Shown: piece by piece, positions 7,301 to 13,979 of the stretch
How the letters are laid out: each line of letters begins with the position of its first letter
How positions within the stretch are numbered: the stretch's first letter is position 1
IMG/VR virus record: IMGVR_UViG_3300032093_000174
Coordinates: 1-55,093 of that record
Direction: 5' to 3' (one strand)
From: a virus
Taxonomy: Duplodnaviria > Caudoviricetes
Length of the DNA: 55,093 bases
Notes under the pieces: generated by a model
The model's input: the letters and a program-made list of their open reading frames with translations, nothing else
Databases searched by the model: none
What the model was told of the DNA's origin: nothing
Translations under genes and position numbers: made by a program

Positions 7301-7544
7301 ATAACCTGAGCCTATGATTCCCGGCCCTAGGATCAGCCAGGCTGATCAGACAAGCCGAGCCTATGGGCCAGCACCCCTCCCATAGCCTGAGCCTATCTGA
7401 CAAGCTGAGCTGATCAGACCGCCCCCTCTGACAAGCTGAGCTGATCAGACAAGCTGAGCCTATGGGCCGTGGCCCGCGTGACAAGCTGAGCTGATCAGAC
7501 AAGCTGAGCCTATGGGGCAAAGGCCAGTGATCAGCGCTGCTGAT
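7301..7544. repeat. ten 15-bp dyad boxes (ATCAGC-N3-GCTGAT-like), paired with ~50-bp period
   Basis: Starts at 7301, 7332/7350, 7382/7400, 7431/7449, 7481/7499 and 7530. Confidence 0.85.
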
Positions 7545-7715
7545 CAGGCCGCTAGTCTCACTTGTCTCGTGATAGGCGCGTGCGCGTGTGCGGTTCCAAT
7601 TACGGGGGGCGGCGATCACGGGCAGCAGCAGCAGCAGCCCCTACCATCCCTGCCCCCCTGCAGCCCTGGGCTAGTGGGCCACCTTTGCCACTGGCCCCCT
7701 AGCCTGGCCCTTTGG

Positions 7716-7766
7716 TTGACCTGCTACGGGGCCAGGCCCTTTAATGGGCTCACTGGCGAGAGCCAG
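7716..7766 (+). promoter_or_regulatory. promoter with 5' GNRA hairpin
   Basis: TTGACC-18-TTTAAT; CTGGC-GAGA-GCCAG. Confidence 0.65.
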
Positions 7767-7785
7767 CCCTCCACCCCCAAAGCTC

Positions 7786-9492
7786 ATGACCGCTTCCAAC
7801 CTGCCCAAAGCTGCCCTGGCCATCCTGGCCCTGCCGGGCGTCCAGTCCCTTGAGCGCGAGCCTGACGGCTGGTGCTGCCATCTGCACTACGGCTGGACGA
7901 CTGACGCCCTTAGTGGGGGCGGCACTATCATCGATTCAAACCTGGCCACAATCAGGGCCTACGTGAGGGGGGCCTATGTGATGCCAGCCCCTGCCCCTGC
8001 TGCAGTCCCTGCCCCCCATCCCTGCAGCGCTGAGGCCGTGGCCGACGACCTGCTATGGGCTTTGGATCAGCTTCGCTCAGAGCCTGAGCCTGCCCCTGCC
8101 CGTGGCCCCCTGCTGCCCGGCGAGACTGCCGCCCCTGCAGCCCCTGCCCCTGCAGGCCCTGCCCCTGAGCTGCCTGCCTTTGTCACCTGCCAGCAGCAGC
8201 AGCAGCAGCCGCAGCAGGGGGGCGAGTGGCGCCACCCTGCCCGTGGTGGCCGTGTGGCCTGGGATGAACCGGGAGAGTCTGCTGCAGCCCTGGCAGCCCT
8301 GCCCCCTCTGCCCCCTCTGCCCCCTGCCCCTGCTGCAGCCCCTGCCCCTGCTGCAGCCCCTGCCCGTCAGGCCGTGGCCCCTGGCCCCCTGGCCCGTAGC
8401 GTGGCCCCTGCCCGCTTACCTGCAGACGTGGCAGCTCTGCTGGCCCGATTTGGCCTTACGCTTGAAGGTCTTCTGACCGTGGGGGCCTCAAACGCCAAAC
8501 TCGCAAAGGGGGCGGCCCTGGCCTGGCCCGTGATCCTGCACCATCTGCCAGCAAAGGCCCTGGCTCAGGCCGTGGCAGGCCCTGCCCCTGGCAGCACTGC
8601 CCCCCGTAGTCGCATCCCTGGCCTGCAGGCCCTGGCAGAACGCGAGGGGGTGCTGGCCCTGGCCATGGCCCATAACGGCTGCCCCTGGGCATCTCAGGGC
8701 TGCGCGGCAGGCTGTCTGGCCTGGGCTGGCCATGGCGGCATGTCGGTGACCGTGGCAGCAGCCCGTGCCCGTAGGACTCTGGCGATGCTGGCAGGGGGGC
8801 CCGTCTACACCCGCGCCATCCTTTGGGCTCTGGCCCGTGCTTACCGGCAGGCTCAGGCCAAAGGGCTGCCCCTGGCTTACAGACTGCGCGGTACTGATGA
8901 TCTGCACTGGCATCTGGCCCGCCTCACTATCACCCCTGCAGAGGCTCAGAGCCTGGCCCGTCGCTATGGGTTGCCCGTGGCTCCCGGTGAGGGGATCACG
9001 CTTACTGAGGCCCTGGCCCTGGCCCCTGCTGGCACCATCCGCCCCTACGACTACAGCGCAGCCCCCGTGGATGGCCCTTTCGGCCTCAAGGCTCAAAGGT
9101 CAGCGGGCATCGATACGACCTGCAGCCTCAAGGCTGACCGGCAGGGGGGCGTCGACGTGGCGATACAGGCAGTCGCCGCAGGGTTCCGCGTGGCCGTGCC
9201 CGTGGCCCTGGCAAAGGGCCAGCCCTTGCCCGCCGTGCTGATCCTTGAAACCGGAGCCCAGGCCGTCGACCTGGCCTGTATCGATGGCGACACGTCCGAT
9301 CACCGATGGGCTGACCCGCAAGGGCCAGGCCTGGCAGGGGGCTGTGATGGCGTGGCCGTCATCCTGCGCACAAAGAGCAGCAGGGGCAAAGGGCCAGAGG
9401 CTGATGCATTCTCCCTGCAGCCTGTGATGGGCGTCTGGCAGCCCCTGGCAGGGGGCGGCCGGGCCATGCTCCGGGCTGAACCCTGGGCTTGA
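7786..9492 (+). CDS. Gp88-family protein with long Pro/Ala-rich N-terminal extension
   Basis: LLT…NAKLAK, CPWAS.GC..GCL..AG.G, RARRT, RLRGTDDL.W, YDYS and IDGD.SD.RW.DP motifs. Confidence 0.75.
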   Translation: MTASNLPKAALAILALPGVQSLEREPDGWCCHLHYGWTTDALSGGGTIIDSNLATIRAYVRGAYVMPAPAPAAVPAPHPCSAEAVADDLLWALDQLRSEPEPAPARGPLLPGETAAPAAPAPAGPAPELPAFVTCQQQQQQPQQGGEWRHPARGGRVAWDEPGESAAALAALPPLPPLPPAPAAAPAPAAAPARQAVAPGPLARSVAPARLPADVAALLARFGLTLEGLLTVGASNAKLAKGAALAWPVILHHLPAKALAQAVAGPAPGSTAPRSRIPGLQALAEREGVLALAMAHNGCPWASQGCAAGCLAWAGHGGMSVTVAAARARRTLAMLAGGPVYTRAILWALARAYRQAQAKGLPLAYRLRGTDDLHWHLARLTITPAEAQSLARRYGLPVAPGEGITLTEALALAPAGTIRPYDYSAAPVDGPFGLKAQRSAGIDTTCSLKADRQGGVDVAIQAVAAGFRVAVPVALAKGQPLPAVLILETGAQAVDLACIDGDTSDHRWADPQGPGLAGGCDGVAVILRTKSSRGKGPEADAFSLQPVMGVWQPLAGGGRAMLRAEPWA

Positions 9493-9561
9493 GCCCTGCT
9501 CATAGGCTGGCCCTCGTTTGCCCCCCGTTACCATGGCGGGGGGCCTTGTTTCGCTTAATTG

Positions 9562-9663
9562 GGAGACAATTATCATTAGAAATGCTCAACGATACGATTT
9601 CGTATCATCAGCATCGCTGATCAGTTGCAAAACGTTACAGAGAGCAGTAGTACGGCCGTACTA
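9562..9663. promoter_or_regulatory. compact cluster of five different regulator-like boxes
   Basis: Fur-like TAATGATAAT (minus), GATACG-N4-CGTATC, ATCAGC-ATC-GCTGAT, HLR1-like GTTGCAAA-AC-GTTACAGA, LexA-like TAGTAC-GGCC-GTACTA. Confidence 0.6.
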
Positions 9664-9932
9664 TCGCAGGGGGGCGGGGATACCCAAATTAGGAGCGACG
9701 CAATTTTCAATCCATTTTTTTGCCCCCATGTGCCACTTCCCAGTGCGCACTGACCGAACGATCTAGAGCTGAACGATGGGGAGTGAGGTCACCAAGATTG
9801 TTCGTAATCTTATGGTTCTTTCAGGATGAGGGCTATGGCAAGGAGGACGAAAGTAAGGAGAATTAGTAGAGCAATGATTACGCTCCAGGAGGGATCAGTT
9901 GGAGAGGCGAGGGGATGAAGCATGAGTTTATG

Positions 9933-10231
9933 AAGGCCGCTTGCGAGAGGGTAGCTCCCCCAGGAGCGTCATTCATGCGGCCTTAGTCTTACTATTGTCT
10001 CATTTGAGACTGTTTTAAGACTGGTGATAGCTACGCACAATATGAGCGATCAATAGAAAAGAAGAAAGCGAAAGGAGGTGGTAGGGAAGGAGCCCAGGAA
10101 TGTACCGCCTTGGGGGCTCAGCTCGTAGGGCTCCTAGCAAAGGCTTCTTAAAAGAAGGGAGTTGAGAGGAGGATGGTGGAGCTGAGCCGCTTGTTATCTA
10201 TCGCCTTGGGGGCTCCTGCTCGTAGCGGCTT
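9933..10231. repeat. three related stem-loops (two on +, one on -) with conserved loop and different stems
   Basis: 9933-9984, 10088-10135 and 10184-10231; loop CGCCTTGGGGGCTC..GCTCGTA. Confidence 0.7.
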
Positions 10232-10324
10232 GCGGAGGCTTATGAACTGCTCGTAATGAAGCTCACAAGCTACGCCTATTGTTATTGTAGAGCCAAATCT
10301 CATGAGTCTTAAATGAGACTCATG
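9985..10324. repeat. two palindromes with core GTCTYA-N2-TGAGAC
   Basis: Nested dyad at 9985-10022; 9-bp perfect arms at 10301-10324. Confidence 0.75.
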
Positions 10325-10428
10325 CTATAGCAAGGAAGTGACAGTTGAGAAAGTGTCTTTTATTGGCAAATCAAGACAAAAGCAAGGAAAATAAGCGCTG
10401 TTAGCATGGCTTTCCCTTCTCCGCAACC

Positions 10429-10668
10429 ATGGGATATAACAACAGTCGCACGGGCTATGCCACAGTCGTCAGCTTTTGGAGAGTGTTCGTCTCTTCAGAA
10501 AGAGCATGGCCTCGCACCATTCGGGACTTGCCTGCCATGGTCAAGCCCCCTAAGGAGCAGTTCTACCGTCCACGAGTGGCAGCGCATAGCGGCCATCAAA
10601 TTGACCTCCTGGATTGGCACTTGTCTTTAGATGAGACGCCACCGGCCTGCTGCTATCCTGATTGGTAG
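10429..10668 (+). CDS. hypothetical protein
   Basis: 79-aa ORF; an alternative frame (10406-10630) overlaps it. Confidence 0.4.
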   Translation: MGYNNSRTGYATVVSFWRVFVSSERAWPRTIRDLPAMVKPPKEQFYRPRVAAHSGHQIDLLDWHLSLDETPPACCYPDW

Positions 10669-10681
10669 TTCCTTGTGTCCC

Positions 10682-11044
10682 ATGAGCTTCGCCAGTTCCC
10701 TGCTCTTCTCCATTGCAATGGATGCCTGCAAAGAGGACTTAGACGAAGCGCGAGAGCGTCTTGAAGCGTTTGAGCTATGCAACGACAAGGTGACTGCTGC
10801 TGCGCTTGGCTATCTGCTTGCTAAGCAAGAAGAAAAAAGGAAAGAAGAGCAAGAAGAATGGATTTACGACCGCTTGTGTTCCATCATTGATAGTTGCATG
10901 GAGTGCGATGGCACTTACTACACAGAAAGTGCAGTGGAAGCCATTTTTGAAGTGTTTTACGATTGGCTAATTCACCACACTGAAAAGGACTGCGAAAAAG
11001 AACTTACCAAATTGTTTAAGCCTTATGTTGTGCAAAAGCACTAA
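10682..11044 (+). CDS. hypothetical acidic helical protein (start uncertain, 10682 or 10718)
   Basis: ORF with plausible protein composition. Confidence 0.65.
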   Translation: MSFASSLLFSIAMDACKEDLDEARERLEAFELCNDKVTAAALGYLLAKQEEKRKEEQEEWIYDRLCSIIDSCMECDGTYYTESAVEAIFEVFYDWLIHHTEKDCEKELTKLFKPYVVQKH

Positions 11045-11106
11045 TTGCTACCATTTTCTTTTCCCATAGCCTTTAGCCTTAAGGAGCTAGTCTCTTTAGG
11101 GCTTTT

Positions 11107-11295
11107 ATGTGGGATGATCTTCCTAGCCCCTTTATGGTGGGAGCCATTAAGGTGTGGCCGGTCCATTCCAGGCCAGATTTTTCTTGGTTCGTAGCTTACG
11201 AAGGTAAGCCGTTCTATTTCAAAACCAAGAGCAGCGCCATGCTCTTCGCCAGGGACAAGCAGTCCATGGAAGACCCAGAGGGGCTGTGCGACTAG
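11107..11295 (+). CDS. hypothetical protein
   Basis: 62-aa ORF filling the intergenic space. Confidence 0.6.
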   Translation: MWDDLPSPFMVGAIKVWPVHSRPDFSWFVAYEGKPFYFKTKSSAMLFARDKQSMEDPEGLCD

Positions 11296-11370
11296 CGCCA
11301 ATTGTGCAAAGATGTTGTGATTAAAGCTGGCACGATGGAAGTTTGAGCTAGGCTTTTTCCTGTTGTCACC

Positions 11371-11392
11371 AGCCCGCATGAGCGGGCTTTTT
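11371..11392 (+). terminator. terminator-like hairpin immediately before RNR alpha
   Basis: AGCCCGC-ATGA-GCGGGCT-TTTT. Confidence 0.65.
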
Positions 11393-11398
11393 CGTCTC

Positions 11399-12844
11399 AT
11401 GAAGCTGAAGGAAGGAGCCAAGGCAGACAAGATTGCTCGCACAGGAAGAGTCCAAAGCTGGATGGATGACCCGGAAGGTCGCCTCGCAGTGAGCTGCACG
11501 GTTTTTGTAGTTGAAGATTCAATGGAAGGGGAGGAAGGCATTGAAGCATCTTGGCGCTTTGTTTCCCATGGTCTGCGTAATGGTGCAGGAGTTGCTGTTC
11601 ACTTGTCTAATTTGCGCGGCAAGGGGCATGAAAATGGCAAAGGGCTTGTAGCAAGTGGCCCTGTAAGTTTTGGCAAGATTTATTCCACCCTCAATGAAAT
11701 TCTTCGTCGCGGCGGCGTCTATAAAAACGGGGCTGTAGTATTGCATCTTGATTATGACCATCCTGATGCCCTTGATTTTCTAAAAGCTTCTAGGCAAGAG
11801 CTTCCATGGGTGAAGCGTTGTCTCAACGTAGACGAAAATTTCCTGGAACGTTCTTCCAAGGAGCTGATTGATACTCTCCTTAAGGGCATTGGCACTGGCG
11901 ACATCTGGCTTAACAAGATTCGCTACAACGAAAAAGGCGAGCGCATTCGCGCCAATGTTTGCCTGGAAGTGTATCTCCCCCATCGTGGCACCTGCCTGCT
12001 GCAGCATGTCAACATGGGCGCCTGCTCCATTGAAGACGTGACAGGGGCCTTCGTGGAAGGCATGAAACAGCTTTGTGAGCTTCATGGCAAAACGGGCGTG
12101 GGCGCCACGGGCGAATATCTTCCTTCTGTGATTGATAGGCAAGTGGGGCTTGGCATGCTTGGGCTTGCTAATTTCCTTTCCCTCCATGGCATTTCCTATG
12201 CCGACTTCGGCAAGGCCCTGAAAGCCTTTAATCAAGCAGATCCGCGAGATTGGTATGAAATTATGGACAAGCCAGTGGGCAATGCCGTATTTGCCATTCA
12301 TCAAGGCATTCATAACGCCGCTGAAGTGGCTCGTGAAGCTGGAATGGAACGCGCCTTCTGCATTGCTCCTACAGCCTCTTGCTCCTACCGCTACTTAGAT
12401 TCCAAAGGCTTTACGACAGCCCCTGAAATCGCCCCTCCCATTGCTCGTTTAGTTGATCGGGATAGTGGCACTTTCGGCGTGGAAAGCTTTGACTATGGGG
12501 AAGTGGAAATTGCCGCTGAAGTGGGCTGGGACAATTACAAACTGGTCGCAGATGAGCTGGTACGTTTGTATCAAAATACTGGTCTTTTCCATGGCTATTC
12601 ATATAATTCATGGAGTGACATTGTTATTTACGACGAGGCCTTCTTGAAAGATTGGCTAGAATCTCCTCAGACAAGCCTCTACTATTCGCTGCAAGTTCTC
12701 CCGGACACGCAACGAAAAGATGATGCTTACGCTGCCTTAGACGACGAATTTAAGACCATTTTTGGACTCAGCGATACTGAGCCCTTAGGAGAGACTGTCT
12801 CTTGTGACATAGATGCTGGTTTCTGCGCTGCATGTGCAGAGTGA
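11399..12844 (+). CDS. nrdA: ribonucleotide reductase large subunit, compact cyanophage type
   Basis: VSCTVF, RRGG, NVCLE catalytic loop, IAPTASCS, SLYY and C-terminal CAAC motifs. Confidence 0.9.
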   Translation: MKLKEGAKADKIARTGRVQSWMDDPEGRLAVSCTVFVVEDSMEGEEGIEASWRFVSHGLRNGAGVAVHLSNLRGKGHENGKGLVASGPVSFGKIYSTLNEILRRGGVYKNGAVVLHLDYDHPDALDFLKASRQELPWVKRCLNVDENFLERSSKELIDTLLKGIGTGDIWLNKIRYNEKGERIRANVCLEVYLPHRGTCLLQHVNMGACSIEDVTGAFVEGMKQLCELHGKTGVGATGEYLPSVIDRQVGLGMLGLANFLSLHGISYADFGKALKAFNQADPRDWYEIMDKPVGNAVFAIHQGIHNAAEVAREAGMERAFCIAPTASCSYRYLDSKGFTTAPEIAPPIARLVDRDSGTFGVESFDYGEVEIAAEVGWDNYKLVADELVRLYQNTGLFHGYSYNSWSDIVIYDEAFLKDWLESPQTSLYYSLQVLPDTQRKDDAYAALDDEFKTIFGLSDTEPLGETVSCDIDAGFCAACAE

Positions 12845-12870
12845 CCCATCCTTCTCCTCCTTTTGTTGAT

Positions 12871-12895
12871 GGGGCCGCTTTGACGGCCCTCTTCT
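12871..12895 (+). terminator. GC hairpin between the RNR subunit genes
   Basis: GGGCCG-CTTTGA-CGGCCC followed by pyrimidines. Confidence 0.45.
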
Positions 12896-12931
12896 GTCTG
12901 TTTTCATTCCTTTCCATCGCGCTTTCTAATA

Positions 12932-13672
12932 ATGACCGTCCTTGAAAAGAGCCCTTATTCAGCAATGATCGCCAAGAAGCGCCCCTGGCAAGCCACGCCA
13001 GTGGACAATTCGCCTGTGAAGGAAGGCGCTGAATCCACGCTTTTCAAGACCATTGCTTTGCGCCACCTTGAGCTGCCCGTGAAGGACTTGCTTGAGCAAG
13101 GCTTACAGAAGGAACTGCCTTCCACTCCTGGCATCATTGAAGCGCTGCGCTCCAACCAGAAGGATGAAGAGCGTCATGATGAAGCGCTGAACTACGTGGC
13201 TGCCGCCTATGGCACTGACGAGAAGGCAGAGCGAGAAGTGCAAAACATCTTGAAGGTGTGGATGGAGCACCCCGCCCATCCAATTCATAAAGTGTCCATT
13301 ATTGAGCGTTCTATCTTCTTCGTTGCCCTGCCGTTCTTCCGCTTCAATGGCAACATCGGCATGCGCACGGTGTCAGCCGACATTAGCCGTGACGAGCAAG
13401 TGCATTGTGGCGTTCATGGTCTGGTGGCCAAGGAACTGGGCGAGACGGAAACAGAAAGCCTTAATAAGCTGCGCATTGCCACTGCTGGCTGGCTGTTTGA
13501 GCACTTGGGCAAGAGCGATGATCAATGGCTCGACAAGGATGCTTGGATGCAGCGCTCTGAGCGCCTGTTCTGGGAAGGAAAGGCTTCTGGCATGGAAGAC
13601 TCCCGCCGTAGCCGTCAAATCGCGTTCTTTGAAAGTTCAAACGTAAATCTGCCGAGCTATGGCGCTGCCTAG
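12932..13672 (+). CDS. nrdB: ribonucleotide reductase small (ferritin-like) subunit
   Basis: Two ExxH motifs (DEERH, DEQVH) plus LE and IE ligands; adjacent to the large subunit. Confidence 0.8.
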   Translation: MTVLEKSPYSAMIAKKRPWQATPVDNSPVKEGAESTLFKTIALRHLELPVKDLLEQGLQKELPSTPGIIEALRSNQKDEERHDEALNYVAAAYGTDEKAEREVQNILKVWMEHPAHPIHKVSIIERSIFFVALPFFRFNGNIGMRTVSADISRDEQVHCGVHGLVAKELGETETESLNKLRIATAGWLFEHLGKSDDQWLDKDAWMQRSERLFWEGKASGMEDSRRSRQIAFFESSNVNLPSYGAA

Positions 13673-13687
13673 TGCTATAGTCTCAGT

Positions 13688-13836
13688 TGAAGTCCTGTGT
13701 TTGCAGGCCAGAGAATTGATCGCCTCTGCCGGATTGATTCCCCGGTGCGCCCTCGACCCACATGGCAAGCGCAACGAATCATCAACACCCTCCATGCTTA
13801 GCTCCAGGACGCTGGATGACGCACAAACAGGAGGGT
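13688..13836 (+). ncRNA. candidate structured ncRNA
   Basis: Extended -10 TGCTATAGT at 13673; several hairpins, long-range helix, possible pseudoknots. Confidence 0.5.
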
Positions 13837-13840
13837 CACT

Positions 13841-13904
13841 GGGAAGCTGAGATAGCGCTAGGTACATAACCTAGAAGAAAGGGGGGCAGTTCCCCTCATT
13901 CCCT
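13841..13904 (+). ncRNA. degenerate tRNA-like element with CAU triplet
   Basis: GGGAA/TTCCC; CTAGG-TACATAA-CCTAG; 5-nt variable loop; AGGGG-GGCAGTT-CCCCT; minimal D arm. Confidence 0.55.
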
Positions 13905-13979
13905 TTTGCTACATTGAAGCCCCCGTTTTTCCTGCATTGACTGGCGTGGTACAGTGGTGCGGGTCACTTTTTGAAATCC

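Noticed and set aside
7301-7544. CRISPR or mini-CRISPR array
   Set aside because: Repeats are composites of 15-bp boxes, linkers are only about 13-17 bp and low-complexity, and no cas genes are present
7062-7853. ORFs of 185, 64 and 113 aa across the repeat region
   Set aside because: They are translations of DNA repeats whose unit lengths (16 and 50 bp) are not multiples of three
9591-9606. NtcA site
   Set aside because: Half-sites are in the reverse arrangement (TAC…GTA), so it is left as an unassigned dyad
11399-12844. Class II (B12-dependent) RNR
   Set aside because: The adjacent ferritin-like small subunit indicates class I
13688-13904. tmRNA
   Set aside because: It has an anticodon-like arm, no Ala acceptor identity and no recognisable tag reading frame
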